Positions 26,995-35,610 of a stretch of DNA of 38,664 bases are shown here, one piece after another; position 1 is the stretch's first letter; each line of letters begins with the position of its first letter. This DNA comes from an uncultured bacterium. GTDB taxonomy: Bacteria; Edwardsbacteria; AC1; EtOH8. A program made the position numbers and the translations under genes. The notes below the pieces were generated by a model. That model ran no database searches, was not told where the DNA came from, and saw only the letters and a program-made list of their open reading frames with translations. The stretch lies in the NCBI GenBank assembly GCA_963780225.1, contig CAWAAX010000017.1, positions 1-38,664 of the forward strand, written 5' to 3'.

Positions 26995-28587
26995 CTACAG
27001 CGACATCAGGGAAAAGACGAAGGCCAGAGCCGCGCCCAGGACGAATATGATCCCGTAATTAAAGGCCAACAGCAGGAACTTGACCACGGTCTTCCCCAGC
27101 TTCTGGCCGTAGAATCTTTTCATGGCCAGCAGCAGGTAGAACGGCAACAGCCAGAATAGATAGTCCGCGTGCTGTTTCAGGAACCCGCTTCCCCAGAGGT
27201 TGACGGCCAGGATGATCGAAAGGATGAAGAACACATAGGCGTGAAAGTGCAGGGAGAATATAAGGTGCTGCATGAAATAACGGCCCCTCCGGAGGTACAG
27301 CAGTTTTAACAGCAGGGCAAAGATCGGCAGCAGCAGGAACATTATGTGGCCGAATTTTTCCACCGCCAGCTCCATCACCTTTTCCGGATCTTCCTTGGCC
27401 TTTTCCCAGCCGTGCCTGGCCGCTTTCTCAAAGCGATAAAGGAAACCCGTGGTGTCGCCTGGGGCTTCGGTGGAATCAGTAAAATGCAGGGAAAGGCCGG
27501 AATTGGCCGGCTGTGATCCTTCTCCATCCTTGGTCAGACTTGGGTCAACGATCCCATGGCGCCTTAAAGCCCCTGTGATCAACGAATCCCCGATGCCGGC
27601 TTCTTTCAACGCCTGGGAAATGCTGTCCGCTGGAGAGACGGCTCCGGTGCTGTCGGCCTCCTTTTCGGCGGTGGTGATGATCTTTCCCAGGTCCACGTGA
27701 CGGCTGCTTAATGCCAGCAGAAAGAACATCACCAAACTAATGAAGACATACATCCTTAAGGGGGGCACATAGCGGACCCGGCGGCCAGCGATGTAGTCGG
27801 CGGTAAGCAGGCCGGGCTTGAAAAGCAGGGGGGTGATGGTGTGGCCCAGCCGGGCGTCTATCTTCAGCTCGTCCCTTAAGAACTCCTGGATCACCTCGCC
27901 CAGGGGCACATCGATCTCGGTCCCCTTCTGGCCGCACTGGTAGCAATATTCGCCCTTAAGCTCCTCGTTGCAATTAAGGCAGTGAGTAAGCTGGTGGTGC
28001 TTCGGCGACCTTTCAATGGTGATGAAGGCTCCGGTTACGGCCTTGTATTCCCGGTAAACATCGCCCAGAGTCGCTTCCAGTTCTTTGTCTTCGGCCTTGA
28101 TCAGAGAACGGATGATGAACACCCAGGCTATGGAGACCGCCAGCATTGCCGGGGAATTGGAAAGGAGCGCGGCGGATATCAGAAATAACAGCAGGCCCAG
28201 GAACTGGGGATGACGCAGCTTTAGGTATATCCCGCCGAACAGGGAGGGGCCGGGGAAAATGCTTTTGCGCCCGGCCGCCTTAAGCCCGCCCCAAAGATGG
28301 TAGGCGGCTGGGATCAGCAGAATGAACCCCGTAAGGGAAGATATGGCGGATGGCCAGGGAAGTTTTTCCAGCCATTTCAGGGGCAGCGGGCAATGACGGC
28401 AGGAAAAGAAAAGAAACAGGTGCAGAGTCAGCAGGATTAAAGACAGGAACCGGAACTGGGCGGCGCGGCTGCGCCAGCACATTTCCGGTTCAACTGCGTC
28501 CCCGGCCGGTCTCAGACTTAAGGCATATAAATGCCGGAACAAAAAAGCCGTGACGGCCAGCAGTATCAGATCAAGCCATGGGTTCAT
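26995..28587 (-). CDS. ICMT/PEMT-like membrane domain fused to DUF3667
   Basis: YLKLRHPQFLG...ED..L...G..Y.EY then CLNC...YCYQCGQ, PGLLTADYIAGRRVRYVPPLRMY. Confidence 0.75.
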   Translation of the reverse strand: MNPWLDLILLAVTAFLFRHLYALSLRPAGDAVEPEMCWRSRAAQFRFLSLILLTLHLFLFFSCRHCPLPLKWLEKLPWPSAISSLTGFILLIPAAYHLWGGLKAAGRKSIFPGPSLFGGIYLKLRHPQFLGLLLFLISAALLSNSPAMLAVSIAWVFIIRSLIKAEDKELEATLGDVYREYKAVTGAFITIERSPKHHQLTHCLNCNEELKGEYCYQCGQKGTEIDVPLGEVIQEFLRDELKIDARLGHTITPLLFKPGLLTADYIAGRRVRYVPPLRMYVFISLVMFFLLALSSRHVDLGKIITTAEKEADSTGAVSPADSISQALKEAGIGDSLITGALRRHGIVDPSLTKDGEGSQPANSGLSLHFTDSTEAPGDTTGFLYRFEKAARHGWEKAKEDPEKVMELAVEKFGHIMFLLLPIFALLLKLLYLRRGRYFMQHLIFSLHFHAYVFFILSIILAVNLWGSGFLKQHADYLFWLLPFYLLLAMKRFYGQKLGKTVVKFLLLAFNYGIIFVLGAALAFVFSLMSL

Positions 28588-28605
28588 TGGGCCTCAATAT
28601 TCTTT

Positions 28606-29559
28606 TCAGGATTTATCTATCCCCAGTTCGTTGATCATCTCTCCCGCCACCGAATAAGGGTCGGTTTTCTTTTGATAAAGTTCCTCCAGGTTTTCCCGGA
28701 TCTCCATGTCGTGGGTCAGTTTGGCCCGGGCCCATTTGTCCAGCCGGTTGGTGATGATGTTGTGAACCTCGTCCTTGACCCGAGCCCGGCGCTTGGCCTC
28801 CAGCCGGCCTTCGTTCAGCAGATATTCCCGGTGTTTTTCAATGGCCCCGGCCAGCTCCTTGACGCCCTTGTTCTCCTTGGCCACCAGCTGCAGGATGGGC
28901 GGCAGGAAGGTGCTTTGGTCCATCTCCTTTACCGACAAAAGCTGCTCCAGCTCTATCACGCAGCGTTCCACCCCTTCCCTGTCGGCCTTGTTGACCGCGA
29001 AGATGTCGGCGATCTCCATGGTCCCGGCCTTTAACACCTGAACGTCGTCGCCCAGGCCGGGGACTGTGACCAGCACCGTGGTGTCAACCCGTCCGGCCAC
29101 CTCCACCTCGGACTGCCCGATGCCCACGGTTTCGAAGATAACGATATCGTAGCCCGCCGCGTCCAGTATCTTGGCGGCATCGGTGGTGGCCAGGGCCAGC
29201 CCGCCCAGATGCCCCCGGCTGCCCATGGAGCGGATGAAGACCCCGCCGTCGGTGGCGTGCTGCTGCATCCGCACCCGGTCGCCCAGAATGGCCCCGCCCG
29301 AAAAGGGGCTGGAGGGATCCACCGCCAGCACTGCGACCTTTTTCTTTTGTCCCCGGTACAGTTTTATCAGCTTGTCCACCAGGGTGGACTTGCCGCCGCC
29401 CGGCGGCCCGGTGATGCCTATCAGATAGGCCTTGCCGGTGTGCCGGTAAAGCTCCTTCAATAGCAGGGCCGACCCGGCATCGTCGTTCTCGATGACGGTG
29501 ATGCCCCGGGCGATGGAGCGGATGTCCCCGGAGAGTATCTTTTCGACGAGTTGGTTCAT
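28606..29559 (-). CDS. meaB: methylmalonyl-CoA mutase-associated GTPase
   Basis: GITGPPGGGKST, AVDPSSPFSGGAILGDRVRM, ETVGIGQSE, VNKAD. Confidence 0.96.
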   Translation of the reverse strand: MNQLVEKILSGDIRSIARGITVIENDDAGSALLLKELYRHTGKAYLIGITGPPGGGKSTLVDKLIKLYRGQKKKVAVLAVDPSSPFSGGAILGDRVRMQQHATDGGVFIRSMGSRGHLGGLALATTDAAKILDAAGYDIVIFETVGIGQSEVEVAGRVDTTVLVTVPGLGDDVQVLKAGTMEIADIFAVNKADREGVERCVIELEQLLSVKEMDQSTFLPPILQLVAKENKGVKELAGAIEKHREYLLNEGRLEAKRRARVKDEVHNIITNRLDKWARAKLTHDMEIRENLEELYQKKTDPYSVAGEMINELGIDKS

Positions 29560-30350
29560 GGCTTGAGGTGTAGCAATTTATGGGGATAATCAAAAATGAT
29601 CGGATGGTTGTGAAACAATGGAAGACCTATATTGCCCTGAATCATTTTGCTGACGATAGCGCTGGACCCGGCATCATGGCAGACTACCGTCGTTTCCGGC
29701 AGCTTGAAACCGGCAAAGCTCGTAGGACAGATACTGATCGCAGCCTTAGTTTTATTCTTTTCTGAAACGCCCCAATGCCGGGTACTGCCTTGAGGCGGAA
29801 ATTTACAACGCAATCTCTCGACGATCCGTGGGGAATAAACGATGAGTGGTATCTTGGCGTTCCCGGTGTCAACCATAGCCGAGATCTTTATTCTGCCAGC
29901 CACTATTTTTACCAGCGGTATTCCGTTTACAAACCGGACAATGGGAACTCTGTGAACGAAGGATCGGGGCACCGCTTTTATGCTGACCAATCGTCCCCGG
30001 CCAGCATCTAGCAAAATCAAACGGTTTTGAAACAATTCCGCGCCCAGGATGCCAATGAATTTTATTTTAAGTGCCCGTTGCAGAGGCCCGTAATCGATTA
30101 TCGCGCATTGTATCTCTTTTAGATGGATCGATCCTACGTTTATTCTGGTAACCAAAGCCAGCGGGATCTTTCCAATTCCGGTCACCGCGTCAAACCCCTG
30201 GGCGTATTCTTTTGTTGCCAGCCCGGCTTGGCGGCAAAATACCTTGTCTAATGAAGTGGAACTGCACCCGGTATCCACCATCATCCAACCGGGTCTTCCG
30301 TTCACTGCCGCTTTTACAAAAATATTGCCTAAAACAAGCTTAATATTCAC
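29556..30350 (-). CDS. double retropepsin-like aspartyl protease
   Basis: Two MVDTG motifs, each followed by GILG/GNIG. Confidence 0.8.
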   Translation of the reverse strand: MNIKLVLGNIFVKAAVNGRPGWMMVDTGCSSTSLDKVFCRQAGLATKEYAQGFDAVTGIGKIPLALVTRINVGSIHLKEIQCAIIDYGPLQRALKIKFIGILGAELFQNRLILLDAGRGRLVSIKAVPRSFVHRVPIVRFVNGIPLVKIVAGRIKISAMVDTGNAKIPLIVYSPRIVERLRCKFPPQGSTRHWGVSEKNKTKAAISICPTSFAGFKLPETTVVCHDAGSSAIVSKMIQGNIGLPLFHNHPIIFDYPHKLLHLKP

Positions 30351-30424
30351 TGGTATAAACTGGTCAGGTACATCAGTTCTTGTTTATGCAATCCACCTGC
30401 CGGAAAATTGTCATTAAAATCCTT

Positions 30425-30991
30425 TTATAACGGTTCCGCCTGTTCCTTGATCTGGAGCCACATATCATCAACCTCTAAAACCGCCGCCCATTTCCCGATA
30501 TAACTCTCATCCAGGCTTGCCCCCTGTACTTCGTAAACCCTGAGGGCGTCCTGAAACTGCTTTTGGCTGCCGCCGGAAAGCTTGGCCCAACGAAGTTTCA
30601 TTAAAATAGTATCCTCGGGACTGGAAACGTAAACCGGGAACCCGAAGACCTCCTCCCGCCGCCGCCGGGCGAAACGTTCGCGGTCGAAGGGCTCTTCGGT
30701 CAAAAGCCAAAAATCTATCTTGTCCCCGCTGGCCGTCTCGATGATATTGAACATGCTTCGGGCAGAGGCGGCGGCCTGGGCGGCCGTGATGTCATAATGA
30801 TAATCCGGCGCGGCAAATACGGAGGCCAGCGCCGAAAGCTGCTTCTGGTTGACCACGACCACCATGTCTATGTCATGGGTGGCCCGGGGCTCGCCCTGCA
30901 TGCTGGAGACCGTGGAACCCGTGAGCATATAGGGGATCCCGGCGGTTTCCAAAGCCCCGGAGGCCTTTTTTAATAGTTCCTGTTGTGACAT
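30425..30991 (-). CDS. nucleotidyltransferase-fold putative toxin (MenT/AbiEii-like)
   Basis: PYMLTGS...GEPRATHDIDMVV, SPEDTILMKL, Q..D. Confidence 0.7.
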   Translation of the reverse strand: MSQQELLKKASGALETAGIPYMLTGSTVSSMQGEPRATHDIDMVVVVNQKQLSALASVFAAPDYHYDITAAQAAASARSMFNIIETASGDKIDFWLLTEEPFDRERFARRRREEVFGFPVYVSSPEDTILMKLRWAKLSGGSQKQFQDALRVYEVQGASLDESYIGKWAAVLEVDDMWLQIKEQAEPL

Positions 30992-31185
30992 TTATCCAGT
31001 CTCTTTAGCATTAGCCGGTGCAGTTCCGGCTCGGACAGGCCGGGAAACCGCCGCCTTAGGCCGTCTTGGAACAGCCGGCGGGAAAAGTCCGACAGTTCAA
31101 AGGCCTTGGCCAGCCTCTGCTCGGGACTCATGGCCCTGAGGGCTTTCAAATATATTTTGTGATTGGGCCGGGCCTTGATATCCAC
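30970..31185 (-). CDS. small putative antitoxin (Rv0078B/MenA1-like)
   Basis: LRAMSPEQRLAKAFELS...GLRRRFPGLSEPEL; overlaps the NTase start; GTG start. Confidence 0.65.
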   Translation of the reverse strand: MDIKARPNHKIYLKALRAMSPEQRLAKAFELSDFSRRLFQDGLRRRFPGLSEPELHRLMLKRLDKCHNRNY

Positions 31186-31323
31186 GGTTCCCCTTAAAAG
31201 GTAAATTGTGAATCGTGAATTGTAAATGATCCTCTGTGTCTCTGGGCCGGAAGCCTGCCCTGAGCAAGACAAGCGGCTTAGCAAGCGAAGGGTTGACCCT
31301 GATAATTAGAAGAGCGGCTGGTG

Positions 31324-31710
31324 TCAGTTCTGGTTGATGTAGTCCACCACCTGCTGGGACGAGGCGCCCGGGGTGAAGATCTCTTTGATCCCCGCGGCCT
31401 TCAGTCCCGGGATGTCGTCGGCCGGGATCACCCCGCCGCCGAAGACCTTGATGTCCGGGGCGTTCTTTTCCTTGAGCAGCTGGACCACCCTGGGGAACAG
31501 GGAATTGTGGGCCCCGGACAGGCAGGACAGCCCCACCCACTGCACGTCCTCCTGGACGGCGGCGGCGGCGATGGCCTCCGGGGTCTGGCGCAGGCCGGTG
31601 TAGATCACCTCGAACCCGGCGTCGCGCAGGGCCCGGGCTATGTACTTGGCGCCGCGGTCGTGCCCGTCCAGGCCGGGCTTGGCAATGAGGATGCGGATCT
31701 TGTTTGGCAT
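31324..31710 (-). CDS. mcmA2: methylmalonyl-CoA mutase small (cobalamin-binding) subunit
   Basis: [11 protein letters not shown] (DxHxxG), [15 protein letters not shown]. Confidence 0.93.
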   Translation of the reverse strand: MPNKIRILIAKPGLDGHDRGAKYIARALRDAGFEVIYTGLRQTPEAIAAAAVQEDVQWVGLSCLSGAHNSLFPRVVQLLKEKNAPDIKVFGGGVIPADDIPGLKAAGIKEIFTPGASSQQVVDYINQN

Positions 31711-31737
31711 GTGAATGCTCCGTTTATATTTTATCTT

Positions 31738-32202
31738 TTATTTGTTAACAGTTTTTCTGATTTCTTCTTTAAGCCTTTTTACCACCCAATCGCGGTTATT
31801 CATCACTTCCTCGTTGGTGAACCGGATCACGTTTATGTCACAGGCGGAGATAATATGCTCCCTCAGTTCATCATAATCCTTCTGTTGTTCGTGAATACCG
31901 CCGTCAATTTCGACCACCAGGTTGATCTGGTTACAGTAGAAGTCCGCAATAAAGCCATGTATTATTTGCTGCCGGCGGAACTGCAACCCTTCTATTTGAT
32001 TCCTTCGCACCATGTTCCAAAAACATTGTTCGGCCGGAGTCATATGGCTCCGAAAATATTTGGCTAAAGTAAGTTTTTCGGGCTTGATCCTTTGGTATTG
32101 TATGAGGCCGGTGCTGCCCCGCTTTATTTGACCCAACCCCTGCCCCTTCCCGCCCCGGGTAGGGGTTCTTGTTTTACTTATTTCCTCGCAATTTTCACAC
32201 AT
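31738..32202 (-). CDS. DUF559 (Vsr-like) endonuclease domain protein
   Basis: MTPAE..FW, FRRQQII, FIADFYC, VVEIDGGIH, VIRFTNEEV; start uncertain. Confidence 0.9.
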   Translation of the reverse strand: MCENCEEISKTRTPTRGGKGQGLGQIKRGSTGLIQYQRIKPEKLTLAKYFRSHMTPAEQCFWNMVRRNQIEGLQFRRQQIIHGFIADFYCNQINLVVEIDGGIHEQQKDYDELREHIISACDINVIRFTNEEVMNNRDWVVKRLKEEIRKTVNK

Positions 32203-32260
32203 ATCAGTAACACTATCCGCATCCCTCTCCGTGGCGGGGAGGGAGAAAGGGAGGGGTCAA
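32129..32260. repeat. inverted doublet of CCCTCCCC-type REP-like hairpins
   Basis: TGACCCAACCCCTGCCCCTTCCC..GGGTAGGGG and CCCTCTCC..GGGGAGGGAGAAAGGGAGGGGTCA. Confidence 0.75.
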
Positions 32261-32319
32261 CCCCGGTCGTGCCCGTCCAGGCCGGGCTTGGCGATGAGAA
32301 TGCGGATCTTGTTTGGCAT
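32257..32319 (-). pseudogene. truncated duplicate of the first 20 codons of mcmA2
   Basis: [20 protein letters not shown] with its own RBS; 54/56 identical to 31655-31710. Confidence 0.9.
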
Positions 32320-32349
32320 TTTATTTTCTCCCAATATATAAAGTATTAT

Positions 32350-33351
32350 TTATTTCTGAAGTTTTCGTTTCCTGCTTTTTGCTGGTATGCCAGTTAGTGA
32401 TTCTATACGGTTTTTAAAATCTGAATATCCTTCACCTTTTCCACTAATCATGCTTGAAAGCAAATAAAATCGATCAGTACTGGGGGATTCTTTTTTTGCC
32501 ATAGGTATATCAATATTATCAACATTTACAACCGTCCAACACTCTGTATAACCTTGTTGTCTTGCCTTTTGGTGACTTTTTTCGGCCTCCCCAATACGAT
32601 TATGAATATTAGAAAAATCTGTTCCGCCCTTAACTTCGATAGCAATGACATTTCTGAAATCGTTACCGCTTTTGGACATATTTTCACGAATAATTATATC
32701 AGGGTCAGGAGCAAATTCAATAAAGACTTTACGCCCCGATGCATTCTTCACTTCAATGGTACGCTGGGTTTCAGATACAATATGACCGTCAACAATTCTT
32801 TTTATAGCATCAAAAACCACAACTATACCTCTTGTCCCCTTTTTAACATTTGCGCCTCCACGCAATTGAGGCCCAAGTGTGAGCAACGTGAGATCATCCA
32901 TGAACGATCTTGTCAGGGAAGCCGGTGAAAGTGAATTTATAAGATATTCTGCCGATTTATTTAAAGCCTTGCAGAGCTCCGGAAGCATTTTAACTCTTGA
33001 AGGAGGCAAAATCCCCTTTTCTTCCATTACCCTAAAAGATCCTATGCCTGTTTCAGCAGTATAAAATTCTTTTTGACTATACCCGAGCAATAGACGGTAA
33101 TAACCAAGCAACTTAGGGCTTTTTTGCAATACAATGGGCGTCGCAAAAACAATTTCTCCCCTTAATCCTTTTGATGCCAATTTTGACAACCCGTGACTAT
33201 CCGCGTAAGCTTTAAGTTCCTTATCAATTTCTGGAACTTTCAACTGACCTACGGTATTCAACAATGCATCTTGAAGAAACGCTTCCCGAATTTGGATTAA
33301 GGCAACAGCAAAATCAATTTGTAAATCAGGTTTTGCTAATGAGATTGGCAT
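32350..33351 (-). CDS. type II restriction endonuclease, XcyI/XmaI/Cfr9I-like (likely CCCGGG)
   Basis: LLGYYRLLLGYSQKEFY, PDPDI...IAIEVKGGTDFSNIHNRIGEAEKSH (PD-(D/E)xK); coupled to an MTase. Confidence 0.8.
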   Translation of the reverse strand: MPISLAKPDLQIDFAVALIQIREAFLQDALLNTVGQLKVPEIDKELKAYADSHGLSKLASKGLRGEIVFATPIVLQKSPKLLGYYRLLLGYSQKEFYTAETGIGSFRVMEEKGILPPSRVKMLPELCKALNKSAEYLINSLSPASLTRSFMDDLTLLTLGPQLRGGANVKKGTRGIVVVFDAIKRIVDGHIVSETQRTIEVKNASGRKVFIEFAPDPDIIIRENMSKSGNDFRNVIAIEVKGGTDFSNIHNRIGEAEKSHQKARQQGYTECWTVVNVDNIDIPMAKKESPSTDRFYLLSSMISGKGEGYSDFKNRIESLTGIPAKSRKRKLQK

Positions 33352-34237
33352 CTTTGTATTCCTTCATTATATTAATGCGCTTAGCTGCAAGTTTAATATA
33401 TCCAGGATGTAACTCTATACCCAGATACTTTCTTTTAAGTCTTTCACACACAACCCCCACAGTCCCAGCTCCAAAAAATGGATCGAGGACACAATCACCT
33501 ACTTTTGTCGAAGAAAGAATGCACGGTTCTATCAGTTTTTCTGGGAAGGTTGCAAAATGGGCTTCCTTATAGGGTTCAGTATGAATGTTCCATACGCTCC
33601 GTTTATTACGCATACCATTTCCATCTTCTCTCGGTTCCTGTATGGCTTCTCCATTATAATAATATTGTTCGTTTTTTGTAAACATAAACAAATATTCATG
33701 CGCCCGTGTTGGTCTGTCTTTGACGCTTTCAGGCATTGCATTTGGTTTATTCCACACAATATCACTACGCAAATACCACCCATCTTGCTGTAAAGCTAAC
33801 GCTATTCGCCAAGGAACACCCAGTAAATCTTTCGACTTCAAACCTTCTGGTGTACTTGGCCGCATTGCCATAGCTCTTGCAGGATTCTTTTTATCCGGGG
33901 CACGCCAACCTCTATTGCCACTTGTATAACCATCCCCGATATTCAACCAAAACACACCGTTTGGTTTTAAAACTCGTTGAACCTCTCGAAAGATTGTAAC
34001 AAGCTTATTAATAAATTGTGGCAACTCTTCTTCAAGACCTATTTGACCCTCTATGCCATAATCTCTTAAGCCCCAATACGGGGGTGATGTGATTACACAC
34101 TGCACACTCTCTTTAGGAAGTTGCAAAAGAATGTGATATGCATCACCAGAAATAACAGTTGACCCCGTTACTTTTATTTGAGCCAAATACTGAGCTTTTG
34201 TTTCTTTTATTTTAAAAGACATACTTTTTACTCTCAT
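33326..34237 (-). CDS. N4-cytosine DNA methyltransferase (beta class)
   Basis: TSPPY before DPFFGAGT; WNKPNAMPESVKDRPT, HFATFP. Confidence 0.92.
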   Translation of the reverse strand: MRVKSMSFKIKETKAQYLAQIKVTGSTVISGDAYHILLQLPKESVQCVITSPPYWGLRDYGIEGQIGLEEELPQFINKLVTIFREVQRVLKPNGVFWLNIGDGYTSGNRGWRAPDKKNPARAMAMRPSTPEGLKSKDLLGVPWRIALALQQDGWYLRSDIVWNKPNAMPESVKDRPTRAHEYLFMFTKNEQYYYNGEAIQEPREDGNGMRNKRSVWNIHTEPYKEAHFATFPEKLIEPCILSSTKVGDCVLDPFFGAGTVGVVCERLKRKYLGIELHPGYIKLAAKRINIMKEYKDANLISKT

Positions 34238-34380
34238 TTATCAGCAGGTGTTGCTGTTTTGTCATGCGTAAACACATTCCCGTTATTCTGGAACTCCTAA
34301 ACTATATGGTAAATAGCATACCACCATGGGGGGACAATTACCTTGAGCAAGCGGTGACTTTTCTATTGGTAATCTCAGTT

Positions 34381-35085
34381 TCATGTAGACTTCGGCACCT
34401 TCCGCTTCTTATTGTGCTCATACCTCAGCTGCAGCATCTCTACCAGCAGGGCAAAGCCCATCGGCAGGTAAATATACGCCTTGGGCACGTGCTTGTGCAT
34501 GCCCTCCATGAAAATGGTGATGCCGATGGTGATCAAAAACGACAGGGCCAGGATCTTCAAAGTGGGCCGATCCATGATGAAATCCCCGATGGGCTTGGCC
34601 GCGAACAGGATGGCGGCAAAGGAGACGATGACCGCCGAGACTATCACCCACAGCTGGTTGGTCAGCCCAATGGCCGTCACCACCGAGTCTATGGAGAACA
34701 CTATGTCCAAAAGGACTATCTGGGTGATCACCGCCGCAAAGGCCTGCCTGGCTTTTTTCTCCTGATGCTGTTCCTCTTTCAGCTCCACCGTGTGGTGTAT
34801 CTCGGTGACCGCCTTGTACAAAAGGAACATGCCCCCGGCCAGCAATATCAGGTCCCGCACCGAAAGGTTCAGGAACAGCGGGGTGGTCAGTTTGGCCAGC
34901 CAAAGCAGTATTACCAGCATCACAATCCGGGCCAGCAGGGCAAAGCCCAGGCCCAGCAGGCGGGCCTTGTTGCGCTCGGCCTGGGGCAGCCGCCCCACGA
35001 AGATGGAGATCACCAGGATGTTGTCCACCCCCAGGACCAGTTCCAGGCCGATGAGCAGGGCCAGAAGAATGAGTGCGTCGGTCAT
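34381..35085 (-). CDS. TerC family membrane protein
   Basis: LELVLGVDNI, LLDIVFSIDSVVTAIG, PKAYIY. Confidence 0.93.
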   Translation of the reverse strand: MTDALILLALLIGLELVLGVDNILVISIFVGRLPQAERNKARLLGLGFALLARIVMLVILLWLAKLTTPLFLNLSVRDLILLAGGMFLLYKAVTEIHHTVELKEEQHQEKKARQAFAAVITQIVLLDIVFSIDSVVTAIGLTNQLWVIVSAVIVSFAAILFAAKPIGDFIMDRPTLKILALSFLITIGITIFMEGMHKHVPKAYIYLPMGFALLVEMLQLRYEHNKKRKVPKST

Positions 35086-35160
35086 TGGTTTTGCGAGTTA
35101 ATGATTATCTTTTTAACCTCTCCCCGGCCCTCCCCTCGAGGGGAGGGCGAGCGGGTGGGG

Positions 35161-35517
35161 TTAGGTCCCAAACAGCTTCGCCCGGAACAGAAAGAACACC
35201 GCGCCCAGCAGGCAAAGCCCGGCCCAAAGATAATCCAGGCTGGGTTTCTCCCGCAGATACAAAATGGAGAACGGCACAAACACGCTTAAGGTGATCACTT
35301 CCTGCAGTATCTTCAGCTGGCCCACGTTCATCACCTGGTAGCCGATGCGGTTGGCAGGCACCTGCACCAGGTACTCGAACAGGGCAATGCCCCAACTGAC
35401 CAGGGCCGCCAAGAACCAGGAGCGCCCGGACATGTTCTTAAGGTGCCCGTACCAGGCAAAGGTCATGAAGATGTTGCTGACGCACAGCAGGCCGGTGGTT
35501 AGGTAGTATGGTCGCAT
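35161..35517 (-). CDS. DMT superfamily protein (DUF486)
   Basis: SNIFMTFAWYGHLK, SWGIALFEY..QVPANRIG, QLKILQEVITL. Confidence 0.92.
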   Translation of the reverse strand: MRPYYLTTGLLCVSNIFMTFAWYGHLKNMSGRSWFLAALVSWGIALFEYLVQVPANRIGYQVMNVGQLKILQEVITLSVFVPFSILYLREKPSLDYLWAGLCLLGAVFFLFRAKLFGT

Positions 35518-35523
35518 AGTTTC

Positions 35524-35608
35524 GACCTCTCCCTTTCATCCCTCTCCAATGTGGAGAGGGAACTTATTGCGCCCCTTCCCGCATCGGGAAGGGGAAGGGG
35601 GTTAGGTC
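35524..35608. repeat. inverted doublet of CCCTCTCC-type REP-like hairpins
   Basis: GACCT...CCCTCTCC/GGAGAGGG...CCCCTTCCC/GGGAAGGGG...AGGTC; related copies at 25-66, 3182-3230, 19071-19124, 35116-35167. Confidence 0.8.
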
Positions 35609-35610
35609 GG

